The notes beneath the pieces are model-generated. The model did not search any database, was not told the DNA's origin, and worked only from the letters and a program-made list of their open reading frames with translations. Below are positions 27,250-36,628 of a stretch of 64,000 nt of DNA, piece after piece (the stretch's first letter is position 1; each line of letters starts with the position of its first letter). This DNA is from Acidobacteriota bacterium (GTDB taxonomy: Bacteria; Acidobacteriota; Thermoanaerobaculia; Multivoradales; JAGPDF01), in contig JBDTNL010000007.1 of NCBI GenBank assembly GCA_039933785.1, positions 5,466-69,465 on the forward strand, written 5' to 3'. Made by a program: the position numbers and the translations under genes.

Positions 27250-28487
27250 GGCGAATTCGCTCGGCTCCGGTGGCGCTGTCGCTGCTGAGCGGCCTCAACG
27301 TTTTGAACTATCTCGACCGCTACGTCGGGGCCGCGGTCTTGCCCCTCATGCTGGCGGCGTTCTCGCTCACCGACGCCCAGGGCGGCATGCTGCAATCGGC
27401 GTTCATCGTCGTCTATTCGCTCATGTCGCCCGTCGCGGGCTGGTTCGGGGACCGCCGCGCTCGACTCCCGCTCGCGGCGCTCGGCGTGCTGATCTGGAGC
27501 TTTGCGACGCTTGGCACCGCGGCGGCGCCGACCTTCGCGTTGCTCCTCTGCGCCCGCGCTCTGATCGGTGTCGGTGAAGCGAGCTACGGCGTGATCACGC
27601 CGGCCCTGGTGTCCGACTACTACCCGGCCGAACGTCGGGCGCGCGCCCTGGCGATTTTCTACGCCGCGATTCCTGTCGGTACGGCGCTCGGCTACGTGGT
27701 GGGCGGCTCCGTAGGTACCCATTGGGGATGGCGCCAGGCCTTCCTGGTCGCGGGCTTGCCCGGTGCGCTGCTCGGATTGTCGCTGCTGCTCCTCGAAGAG
27801 CCGCCGCGCGGGGGCAGCGATCGCGCCGTTCACGGCGCAGCGGCGGAGCCGGTGGGCCCGGGTCTGCGCGATACCTGGCGGGCCTTGAGCTCGCGCCGGA
27901 GCTATCTCTTCAACACGATGGCTCAGATGCTGTACACCTTCGCGATGGGTGGCCTCGCCACCTGGATGCCCACTTACTTCGTGCGTGTGCGGGGTCTGCC
28001 TCTCGAAACGGCGACCACCCGCTTCGGGCTCGCGCTGGTGCTGGCGGGGTTCGGCGGAACGCTGCTCGGCGGCTACCTGGCCGACAAGCTTCACCACCGC
28101 ATCCGCGCCGCGACCTTCATGATTTCCGGCCTTGGGCTGATCTTCTCGCTCGCCTTCACTTGCCTCGCGGTGCTCCACCCGGTGCCGTGGGTCTACTGGA
28201 CGGGCATGTTCGTCACGCTGCTGTTGCTCTTCCTGAACATCGGGCCGCTGAACGCAGCGCTTGCCAACGTCCTACCGGCCGGCCTGCGGGCCCGCGGCTT
28301 TGCCGTGACCACCATGCTCATGCATCTGTTCGGTGATGCCGCGTCGCCTTGGCTGATCGGGGTCGCGTCCGATCGCATCGGCTTGACCTTGCCGATTCTG
28401 GTGTGCGGAGTGCTGCTGGCGCTTGCCGGAGTCCTGCTGCTCGTCGGCCGGGGGGCGCTCGAACGCGACCTCGCCATTGCTGGATAG
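27246..28487 (+). CDS. MFS transporter, lysophospholipid transporter LplT-like (by context)
   Basis: ATGA overlap with acyltransferase; 12-TM MFS with LDRYVGAAVLP N-terminal motif. Confidence 0.7.
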   Translation: MRRIRSAPVALSLLSGLNVLNYLDRYVGAAVLPLMLAAFSLTDAQGGMLQSAFIVVYSLMSPVAGWFGDRRARLPLAALGVLIWSFATLGTAAAPTFALLLCARALIGVGEASYGVITPALVSDYYPAERRARALAIFYAAIPVGTALGYVVGGSVGTHWGWRQAFLVAGLPGALLGLSLLLLEEPPRGGSDRAVHGAAAEPVGPGLRDTWRALSSRRSYLFNTMAQMLYTFAMGGLATWMPTYFVRVRGLPLETATTRFGLALVLAGFGGTLLGGYLADKLHHRIRAATFMISGLGLIFSLAFTCLAVLHPVPWVYWTGMFVTLLLLFLNIGPLNAALANVLPAGLRARGFAVTTMLMHLFGDAASPWLIGVASDRIGLTLPILVCGVLLALAGVLLLVGRGALERDLAIAG

Positions 28488-28566
28488 GCAGCGGAGCCTG
28501 ATAGGTTCGCAAGAGCGAGTTGTTCGGCATCGATTTGCCCCGAAGAGGGCGACAAGGAGAAGCGTC

Positions 28567-29013
28567 ATGGGTTTGCTCGACGAATTGGCAGGTCAGGTCT
28601 TGGGCGGCGGTGGTGCCGCAACCGGTGCGAGCGCGGTGAACACCGCGGGAGTCGCCGAAGCGGTTCTGGGAATGCTGCACAATCACGGCGGCATCGGTGG
28701 CCTGGCGCAGGTCTTCCAGCAGAAGGGGCTGGGCGACTTGATGAATCACTGGATCAGCACGGGCCCCAATCCGGCCATGACACCCGACCAGGCGCACAGC
28801 GTGTTCGGGACCGCACAAATCTCGGCGATCGCCCAGAAGTTGGGAATCAATCCGCAGATGGCGGCTGGGGCAATCGCCGCGATGCTACCGACGATCATCG
28901 ATCACCTGACCCCGAACGGGACGATTCCAACTCCGCAGACGCAGCAGGCCTCAGGCGGTTCGCTGCTCGAACAGGGTCTCGGAATGCTCCGCAACAGCGG
29001 CTTGCTGGGCTAG
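28567..29013 (+). CDS. YidB family protein (DUF937)
   Basis: AAGGAGA RBS; MGLLDELAGQVLGGGG...LNHWISTGPNPAMTPDQ characteristic of YidB. Confidence 0.7.
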   Translation: MGLLDELAGQVLGGGGAATGASAVNTAGVAEAVLGMLHNHGGIGGLAQVFQQKGLGDLMNHWISTGPNPAMTPDQAHSVFGTAQISAIAQKLGINPQMAAGAIAAMLPTIIDHLTPNGTIPTPQTQQASGGSLLEQGLGMLRNSGLLG

Positions 29014-29034
29014 CAAACCGCGCAGGGCGTACGG

Positions 29035-29070
29035 GCGGCCCGCGGTTGCATACCGCGGGCCGTTTTCATT
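29035..29070. terminator. Bidirectional intrinsic terminator between convergent yidB-like and small secreted protein genes
   Basis: GGCCCGCGG-ttgcata-CCGCGGGCC 10-bp stem then TTTTCATTT. Confidence 0.75.
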
Positions 29071-29078
29071 TCCGCGCG

Positions 29079-29339
29079 CTACTTGGCGTCGATCGAGATG
29101 ACGATCATCCGGTAGTGCACCGTGACCTTGTCACCCGCCTTGGGCTTGGCGCCGGCGAAGCCGTCGGTCGAGAACTGCCAAACCTCTCCCTTGGTGTTCT
29201 CGACCACCAGCGTCGAGGCATCGACCGTCTTCACGTTGCCGGTGAACTGGTACTTGTTGGCGGCCGCGGCGTAGCCGAGCGAAGCGGCGGCGAGCAGGGC
29301 GACGACGAGAATTGCGGCTACGGTCAACCGGCGGTGCAT
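29079..29339 (-). CDS. Small secreted protein (86 aa), hypothetical
   Basis: Signal MHRRLTVAAILVVALLAAASLGYA; RBS aaggggaa; the ORF-track 371-aa ORF is mostly spurious upstream extension. Confidence 0.55.
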   Translation of the reverse strand: MHRRLTVAAILVVALLAAASLGYAAAANKYQFTGNVKTVDASTLVVENTKGEVWQFSTDGFAGAKPKAGDKVTVHYRMIVISIDAK

Positions 29340-29398
29340 GGGGTTCCCCTTTTCGGTTTGCCACCGGCGGAGATCGCCGCGGCATGAGGCATAGAAAC

Positions 29399-30745
29399 TC
29401 AATGGGCGATGTCGTCCCGCAGGGCGGTGCCGCGGGTCTCGATGACCCAGGGCAGGAACAAGAGTCCGGCGAGCGGAACGAAACCGACGAAGAACAACGC
29501 TTTCAGGACCGCACCCCGCGCTGCGACCGCACCCACCGCAAGGGGCCCGACGGCGGCGAGAATGCGCCCGGTGTTGTAGGTGAATCCGGCCCCCGTAGCT
29601 CGCAGACGGGTTGGAAAGAGCTCCGGCAGGTAGTACGTGAAGCTGCCGAAGACGCCGAAGACGGTCAACCCGATCAGAAACTCCATCGAGAGTCGAACCG
29701 GCGGCGAGAGGTCGAGTCCATGGGTGGCGAGGATGGCTGCGCCGGAAAGCAGGAAATACACCGCGAACATCGACCGCCGTCCGAAACGCTTGGCGATCGG
29801 GACGGTGAGCAAGGTGCCGATCAACCCGCCCCAGTTGAAGTACTTCGTGGCCGTGCTCTTCCAGTGCTCGATGAGCTGACGCGTGTCCTCCGGCGAAAGA
29901 CCCTGCGCCTGGGCGGTGCTCTGGGCGAGGTAGGCGGTCTTCACCGGCAGAAAGGCGTTGCAGCTCCACCATGTGATGAGCGCGACGAAGGCCATGGCCA
30001 AGCCGCTTCGAGTCAGACGCCAATGCTGCTCGTCGAAGAGCTCGCGCAGGCGCGGCGGCCGGGTAGTGGCCACCGCCTGTTTCCAACGTTCCGGCTCCTT
30101 GACAAATACGCGAACCAAGATCGCCACGGCCGCTGGCAAGAGCCCCGCCAGGAAGACGTAGCGCCACGAGGTCTCGGGACTGTTCTTCATCCACACCCCG
30201 GCGATCTGGAGATTCACCGCGGCGGCGAGAAAGATCCCGAGCGGCGCGGCGGTGTAGAGCAGGGCGCCGGCCTCGATGCGCCGGCGCTCGGGCATCACCT
30301 CAGCCACCATGGCCGCACCGGCTGCCCACTCGCCGCCGATGCCGAGGCTCGCGATGGCACGAAACAGGACCAGCATCCAGAGGTTCGGCGCCAGGGCACA
30401 GAGCGCCGTTCCGACCGAGTACATCAGCATGGTGAGGAGCAGGGTGCGCGAACGCCCGAGACGGTCGGCAATCTGGCCGAAGAGGATGCCTCCAACCGCC
30501 CAGCCCACGAGCAATAGAGACGTCAGAATACCCGTCCACTGCAGGGTCGCCGCCTTCGCCGCCGCCGAGCCGATGGGGAGCCCGAGTAGCGTCGGCACGC
30601 AGTTCGGCGCCACCCAATTGAAGATCAGCGCATCGAAACTGTCGAAGCCCCATCCGAGCCAGGCGGCGGCGAGAACCGCCCACTGGTAGCCCGTCATGTC
30701 GAAAAACGTGCGGGGCGCCGTGGGCGCGATCGCCGGAGCTTCCAT
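29399..30745 (-). CDS. MFS transporter
   Basis: 448 aa from MEAPAIAP (gaggga RBS); MFS motif GQIADRLGRSRTL. Confidence 0.75.
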   Translation of the reverse strand: MEAPAIAPTAPRTFFDMTGYQWAVLAAAWLGWGFDSFDALIFNWVAPNCVPTLLGLPIGSAAAKAATLQWTGILTSLLLVGWAVGGILFGQIADRLGRSRTLLLTMLMYSVGTALCALAPNLWMLVLFRAIASLGIGGEWAAGAAMVAEVMPERRRIEAGALLYTAAPLGIFLAAAVNLQIAGVWMKNSPETSWRYVFLAGLLPAAVAILVRVFVKEPERWKQAVATTRPPRLRELFDEQHWRLTRSGLAMAFVALITWWSCNAFLPVKTAYLAQSTAQAQGLSPEDTRQLIEHWKSTATKYFNWGGLIGTLLTVPIAKRFGRRSMFAVYFLLSGAAILATHGLDLSPPVRLSMEFLIGLTVFGVFGSFTYYLPELFPTRLRATGAGFTYNTGRILAAVGPLAVGAVAARGAVLKALFFVGFVPLAGLLFLPWVIETRGTALRDDIAH

Positions 30746-30858
30746 GGAGGATCCCTCGCGGCGAAATCTATCGGAAAGCGACCGTGCAGCCCACAGCGCG
30801 GCTCCGTGCATCCCGGCCACCGACTTGAGATGATGCGCACGCCGAAGTCCTTTTCACG

Positions 30859-32127
30859 ATGAACCCAGGCCCCACCCCAGGTAACCCCGAAGATTCGGCG
30901 CCAGACGCCTGGGCGGCGCTTCGCCTGCCGGTCGTGCGTGCGTTTGCCCTCGGTCGAATGGCCGCGGTCATGGGTTTCCAGGCGCTTTCGGTGGCGGTTG
31001 GGTGGCAGCTATACGAGCGCACGGGGAGTGCTTGGTCGCTCGGTCTGGTCGGGGCCTTCGAACTGGCCCCGGTGCTTCTCCTCATGCTCCCCGCGGGACA
31101 CGTGGCGGATCGTTTCCCTCGGCGTAACGTCGCCATGTTTGCCCATTTGCTGCTTGCGCTCGCGGCCCTCGGCTTGGCTTTGGTTTCGGCGCGCCAGGCG
31201 CCGGTGAGTTTCATCTACCTGCTGTTGATGCTGGTCGGTGCAGCGCGTGCGTTCGCTTCGCCGTCGGTGGCGACGCTCCTGCCGCAGCTCTTGCGTCCCG
31301 AGCAGTTCGCGAACGTAAATGCCTGGCTCTCCACCAGCTTCGAGCTGGCCTCGATCTCAGGGCCCGCCGTGGGAGGGTGGCTGATCGCGCTTTCCGGCAG
31401 TGCGACCGGAGCCTTCGTCGCCGCGGCCGTCGGGCAGCTGCTCTTTGTGCTCATGCTGCTCCGCTTACCGGCGCGGCTTCCGGCCCGTCCAGCTACCACC
31501 GGGGCGAGCGATCTCTTCGCCGGTTTCACCTTTATCCGCCGCCGGCCGGTGTTTCTCGCCGCCATCACGCTCGACCTTTTCGCCGTGCTGTTCGGCGGCG
31601 CAGTGGCTCTCCTGCCGATGTTCGCCAAGGACATCCTGCACGTTGGTCCGCTCGGGCTCGGCTGGCTGCGCGCGGCGCCTGCGCTCGGCGCGATGTGTAT
31701 GGCGTTGCTGATGACTCGGCTGCCGCCGTGGCGCCGGCCTGGGTACGCACTGCTCCTCACGGTCGCCGGCTTCGGCCTCGCGACCCTGGGCTTCGGACTC
31801 TCGCGCAGCATGATGCTGTCGATGATCTGTCTCTTTCTGACCGGAGTCTTCGACTCGATCAGCGTGGTGATTCGCCTCACGCTCGAGCAAATCCTCACCC
31901 CTGACATCCTGCGTGGACGGGTCTCGGCCATCCACTATGTGTTCATCGGATTCTCGAACGAGTTCGGAGCGTTCGAGAGCGGAGCGACCGCCGCCCTGGT
32001 GGGCCCCGTCCTGTCGGTCGCCGGCGGCGGCCTCGCCGCGCTGCTGGTGGTGGCGTTGGTCGGAGTCGTCTGGCCGGAGCTTGCCCGGCTGGGGCCGCTG
32101 GCGTCGCTCGAGCCGCTCGAGGATTGA
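30859..32127 (+). CDS. MFS transporter (DHA3/EntS-like)
   Basis: 422 aa, 12 TM, LPAGHVADRFPRRN motif; divergent from preceding MFS. Confidence 0.75.
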   Translation: MNPGPTPGNPEDSAPDAWAALRLPVVRAFALGRMAAVMGFQALSVAVGWQLYERTGSAWSLGLVGAFELAPVLLLMLPAGHVADRFPRRNVAMFAHLLLALAALGLALVSARQAPVSFIYLLLMLVGAARAFASPSVATLLPQLLRPEQFANVNAWLSTSFELASISGPAVGGWLIALSGSATGAFVAAAVGQLLFVLMLLRLPARLPARPATTGASDLFAGFTFIRRRPVFLAAITLDLFAVLFGGAVALLPMFAKDILHVGPLGLGWLRAAPALGAMCMALLMTRLPPWRRPGYALLLTVAGFGLATLGFGLSRSMMLSMICLFLTGVFDSISVVIRLTLEQILTPDILRGRVSAIHYVFIGFSNEFGAFESGATAALVGPVLSVAGGGLAALLVVALVGVVWPELARLGPLASLEPLED

Positions 32128-32222
32128 GGACTCAGACCATAGTCTTGGGACTTGCCGGCGGCTCGCAGTATCCTGCCGACTCGCGCTCGGCCTTGCAGCC
32201 GCCTGCCGGAGGAACCTTCGCA

Positions 32223-34724
32223 ATGCAGAAGACGACTTTCGCCTCGCTTGTCGCACTCTCCTTAAGCCTGTCGCTGGCCGCGCGGCCGGTGCGCTCCGCC
32301 GACGATGCCCCGGCACCCCCGCCGGGGGACGTCGTCACGTTGGAACGCATCATGGCCGACCCGGATTGGATGGGGAACAGCCCGGAAGGCGCCTATTGGG
32401 CCGACGACGGCAAGTCCGTGTTCTTCGCCCGCAAGGCCACCGGGAGCGATCATCGCGAGCTCTTCCGTCAGGCGATCGACGCCGGTTCGACGGCAGCGAA
32501 GGTCGCGGATGCGGCGCTCGGCCGGAGCGATCAACCGGGTGGCGCATTCAGTCCCGATTTCCGGCTCAAGGCCTATCTGCACGACGGAGACGTGTTCGTA
32601 AAGGATCTCGCGAGCGGTGACCTGCGCCAGCTCACCCGCACCTCCGAGGAGGAGAGCTCGCCTTTCTTCTTTGCTGACGGCAAGCGGGTCGGCTTCCGGC
32701 GCGGTGACGCGTGGCTGGTGCGCGACCTCGAGAGCGATCTCGAGTGGCAGGCGGTCGATGTTCGAACGGAGAAGGATCCCGAGAAGAAAGACGATCCGAC
32801 CTTCTTGACCGAGCAGCAGCAGCGCCTGTTCGAAGTCCTGCAACAGCGCACTTCGAAGCGCGACGCCGAGCGCGCGCGGGCCAAGGCCGAGCAGGCCGCA
32901 GACTCGACGCGACCGCCCTTGCCGTTCTTCGTCGGAGCGGATACCGAGATCACCGACTCGGCCCTGTCGCCGAGCGGGCAATACCTCCTGGCTGTCATCG
33001 CCAAGAAATCGCGCGATGACGGCAAGAAGGACAACATGCCCGATTACGTGACCGAATCCGGCTATGTGGACGTCAAGCAGGTGCGGCCCAGAGTCGGCAC
33101 GCCGAAGTATGAAACGCCGAAGCTGGTGCTGTTTGATCTTGCCGCCCACGCGCAGACCGAGCTCGACGCCGCGGTTTTACCGGGCATCACCGACGACCCG
33201 CTGAAAACGTTGCGCGAAGCTGCCGAGGTGGCGCGCAAGGCGAAGAGTGACAAGGCGAAGGCCGAGACCAAGGACGACAAGGCATCGACAGACGCCAAGG
33301 GCTCCAAGCATGCGAAGGACGAGAAGAAGCCCGCGTCGCGCGCCATCCTGTATGCCAACCTGCTCTGGAGCACCGACGGTAGCGGCGTGGTGCTGCAGGC
33401 CTTCTCGGTGGACAACAAGGATCGTTGGATCCTCACCGTAGATTTGGAGTCCAAGACGCTGGTGCCTCTCGAGCGCCTGCACGACGAGGCCTGGATCAAC
33501 GGAGCCTTTAATGAAATGGGATGGCTGCGCGACAGCAAACGCATCTGGTATCTCTCCGAGGAGACCGGCTATTCGCATCTGTACGTTCGTCCGGTGGCGC
33601 CCGGCGAGCACAAGCGACCGCTCACCAGCGGGGCGTTCGAGGTCTCGGATGTGGTGCTGACGCGCGACGGCTCGCATTTCTACGCCAGCGCCAACCGCGA
33701 GCACCCGGGCGTGAGGGAGGTCTATCGCATCGCCCTGCGGGACGGCGAGACCGAGCGGATCACGGCTCTCGAAGGCCAGACCGATTTTGTGCTCTCGCCC
33801 AGCGAAACGGATCTCGTGCTCACCGCGTCGTTTCGCACCCGGCCCCCTGAGCTCTATTTGCAGGCGGCCCAGCCCGGCGCTGCGGCGCGTCAGATCACCG
33901 ACTCGCTCTCGGCCGAGTACAAGGCCATCCACTGGCAGGAGCCCGAGATCGTCGCCGTGCCGTCATCGCACGTGAAGGCGCCGATCTACTCCCGCGTCTA
34001 CACCCCGGAGGGCTGGAGCGCCGATCGCAAGTGGCCGGCGGTGATCTTCATCCACGGCGCCGGGTACCTGCAGAACGCGACCAAGGGTTGGTCCTACTAC
34101 TTCCGCGAGTTCATGTTCGACAACCTCCTCGCGCGCCACGGCTACGTCGTGATCGACATGGACTACCGCGCCTCCGCGGGCTACGGGCGGGATTGGCGCA
34201 CCGCCATCTACCGCCAGATGGGCTGGCCCGAGGTCGAGGACCTGCAAGATGGCAAGGCGTGGATGGAACAGAACAAGTCGGTCGACGGAGCGCGCGTCGG
34301 CACTTGGGGCGGCTCGTACGGCGGCTTCCTCACCTTCATGTCGATGTTCCGCAAGCCCGACCTCTTTGCCTGCGGCGCGGCGCTCCGGCCGGTTACCGAC
34401 TGGTCGGCATACAACCACGAGTACACGGCAAATATCCTGAACACGCCGGAGATCGATCCCGAGGCGTACAACAAGAGCTCGCCGATCGAGTTCGCCGCCG
34501 GGCTCGAGAAGCCGGTGCTGATCTGCCACGGCGTCGAGGACGACAACGTGGTGTTCCAGGACACCGTGCGCCTCGTACAGCGCTTGATCGAGCTCAAGAA
34601 GACACGCTTGTTCGAGACCGCGATCTATCCTGTCGAGCACCATGGCTTCCGCGAGGCGTCGAGCTGGCTCGATGAGTACACTCGCATCTGGGAGTTGTTC
34701 GAGAGCAACCTGAAACCTCGATGA
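32223..34724 (+). CDS. S9 family serine peptidase (prolyl oligopeptidase/DPP-IV-like), secreted
   Basis: GGAGGA RBS, signal MQKTTFASLVALSLSLSLAA; catalytic GGSYGG nucleophile, C-terminal HGVEDDNV and EHHGF; K/D/E-rich low-complexity insert. Confidence 0.8.
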   Translation: MQKTTFASLVALSLSLSLAARPVRSADDAPAPPPGDVVTLERIMADPDWMGNSPEGAYWADDGKSVFFARKATGSDHRELFRQAIDAGSTAAKVADAALGRSDQPGGAFSPDFRLKAYLHDGDVFVKDLASGDLRQLTRTSEEESSPFFFADGKRVGFRRGDAWLVRDLESDLEWQAVDVRTEKDPEKKDDPTFLTEQQQRLFEVLQQRTSKRDAERARAKAEQAADSTRPPLPFFVGADTEITDSALSPSGQYLLAVIAKKSRDDGKKDNMPDYVTESGYVDVKQVRPRVGTPKYETPKLVLFDLAAHAQTELDAAVLPGITDDPLKTLREAAEVARKAKSDKAKAETKDDKASTDAKGSKHAKDEKKPASRAILYANLLWSTDGSGVVLQAFSVDNKDRWILTVDLESKTLVPLERLHDEAWINGAFNEMGWLRDSKRIWYLSEETGYSHLYVRPVAPGEHKRPLTSGAFEVSDVVLTRDGSHFYASANREHPGVREVYRIALRDGETERITALEGQTDFVLSPSETDLVLTASFRTRPPELYLQAAQPGAAARQITDSLSAEYKAIHWQEPEIVAVPSSHVKAPIYSRVYTPEGWSADRKWPAVIFIHGAGYLQNATKGWSYYFREFMFDNLLARHGYVVIDMDYRASAGYGRDWRTAIYRQMGWPEVEDLQDGKAWMEQNKSVDGARVGTWGGSYGGFLTFMSMFRKPDLFACGAALRPVTDWSAYNHEYTANILNTPEIDPEAYNKSSPIEFAAGLEKPVLICHGVEDDNVVFQDTVRLVQRLIELKKTRLFETAIYPVEHHGFREASSWLDEYTRIWELFESNLKPR

Positions 34725-35452
34725 ATGCGAAGGGGCGCGGTGTTACCATCGCGAACGTGACCCGCGCCCCACGCACGCTCTGCTTCGATATCGGCGGTAC
34801 CGGCATCAAGGGTTTGGTTGCAGACGTCAAGGGCAAGCCGCTTTCGGAGCGCGTGCGCATTGAAACGCCGCACCCCGCGATTCCAAAATCCTTGCTCCGC
34901 GTCCTCGGCGAAATCCACGCTCAGCAGCCGGCCTTCGACCGGGTGTCGGCTGGATTTCCGGGAGTCGTGCGGGAGGGCGTCGTCTACTCGGCGCCGAATC
35001 TCGACCCGTCGTGGGTGGGCGTGAACTTGGCCGGTGAGCTGACGCGCATCTGTGGCAAGCCGGCGCGGGTGGCCAACGACGCCGGCGTGCAGGGGATGGG
35101 CGTGATCGCGGGCAAGGGAACCGAGATCGTGCTGACTCTGGGCACTGGAATGGGCTTCGCGCTTTTTCGCGACGGGCGCTACGTACCGAACATCGAGCTC
35201 GGCCATCATCCGATCCGGGGCAAGAAGGTGTACGAGGATCTGGTCTGCGACCGCGAGCGCAAGAAGCACCTGAAACGCTGGAATCGGCGCGTGCAATTCG
35301 TGCTCTCGGTCCTCGAGCCGTGTTTCAACTACGACCATCTGTACATCGGCGGCGGCAACGCGGAGCGACTGAGCTTCAAGCTGCCGGGCAACGTCACGGT
35401 GGTCTCGAACGACGCCGGAATGCTGGGCGGCGTTCGATTGTGGGATCAATAG
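34721..35452 (+). CDS. ROK family kinase / polyphosphate glucokinase-like
   Basis: CFDIGGTGIKG N-terminal ATP motif; ATGA overlap with upstream gene. Confidence 0.7.
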   Translation: MNAKGRGVTIANVTRAPRTLCFDIGGTGIKGLVADVKGKPLSERVRIETPHPAIPKSLLRVLGEIHAQQPAFDRVSAGFPGVVREGVVYSAPNLDPSWVGVNLAGELTRICGKPARVANDAGVQGMGVIAGKGTEIVLTLGTGMGFALFRDGRYVPNIELGHHPIRGKKVYEDLVCDRERKKHLKRWNRRVQFVLSVLEPCFNYDHLYIGGGNAERLSFKLPGNVTVVSNDAGMLGGVRLWDQ

Positions 35453-35470
35453 CAGCGCCGCGCGGCGCGC

Positions 35471-36628
35471 TCAGCGATTGACGTAGCGGCGAAAGTCCAC
35501 GCCGAGCAGCAGGCCGGTGCTGGCGAAATTCAACAGCATGAACGACCCGCCGTAGGAAACGAAGGGCAGTGGTATGCCCGTGTTCGGCACCAGGCCGACC
35601 ACCATCGAGGTGTTGTAGAGGGCATGGAAGGCGAACAGCGAGAGCAAGCCGGTCGCCAGCAGGATCCCCGATCGATCGCGTGCCCGCATGGCGATAGTGG
35701 CGCCGTTCCAGAGATAGAACCCGAAGAGGGAGAGCGTCACCGCCACGCCGAGAAATCCCCATTCCTCGGCGAGTGCGGCAAAGATGAAATCGGTATGCCG
35801 GGCCGGCAGGAACCGCAGTTGGCTCTGTGTGCCTTGCATGTAGCCCTTACCCAGCAGGCCGCCCGATCCCACCGCGATCTTTCCCTGCTGGACCTGATAG
35901 CCCTTGCCCAGCGGGTCGCGATCCGGCTGCAGGAACGTGAGCACGCGCTGACGTTGGTACTCGCGCATGCCGAACGACCAGAGGGCTCCGCCCAGCACCG
36001 CCAGCAACAGCGCCCCGCCGAGCAGGATGCGCGGCCGCACACCCGCCACCAGCAGAACTCCGACGAGCATGGGCACGAACATGGCCGCGCCGCCGAGGTC
36101 GGGTTCGATGGCAACCAGAAGCGCCGGAGCCGCGACCACCAGGACCGCCGAGATCGCCTGGCGCGCACTCAAGCTGCGCCGGTTGGCGCCCGCGACCGTG
36201 CGCGCCAGCAACAGGCAGGTGGCGAGCTTGGCGAACTCCGAGGGCTGGCCACCGAAGGCGCCGATGCCGATCCAACTTCGCGCACCGCCCGCGCGGTGTC
36301 CGAGGAAGAAGATCAAGACCAGACCGACCAAGCCGACCAAGTAAAGCGGTATGGAGAGGCCGAGCAACACGTGGTAGTCGATGCTGAAGGCGATCACCAT
36401 CACGATGATTCCCATGCCCACCCACACCGCTTGCCGGGGCAAGAAATCGGTGCGGAGCTCCGAGCTCGCGCTATGCACCATCGCCAGACCGATCAGACAG
36501 AGCAACAGCGCCGCGACCAGCAGGCCCCAGCGGATCGCCGCCAGATGCCGCAGCGACGGCCGCCGCTCCTCCGCCAGGCCGGGGATCGGCAGGATGACCG
36601 AGATCGGACCGGTGCTGCCGCGAATCAT
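35471..36628 (-). CDS. rodA: Rod shape-determining protein RodA (SEDS family)
   Basis: FtsW/RodA motifs, position downstream of mrdA. Confidence 0.88.
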   Translation of the reverse strand: MIRGSTGPISVILPIPGLAEERRPSLRHLAAIRWGLLVAALLLCLIGLAMVHSASSELRTDFLPRQAVWVGMGIIVMVIAFSIDYHVLLGLSIPLYLVGLVGLVLIFFLGHRAGGARSWIGIGAFGGQPSEFAKLATCLLLARTVAGANRRSLSARQAISAVLVVAAPALLVAIEPDLGGAAMFVPMLVGVLLVAGVRPRILLGGALLLAVLGGALWSFGMREYQRQRVLTFLQPDRDPLGKGYQVQQGKIAVGSGGLLGKGYMQGTQSQLRFLPARHTDFIFAALAEEWGFLGVAVTLSLFGFYLWNGATIAMRARDRSGILLATGLLSLFAFHALYNTSMVVGLVPNTGIPLPFVSYGGSFMLLNFASTGLLLGVDFRRYVNR

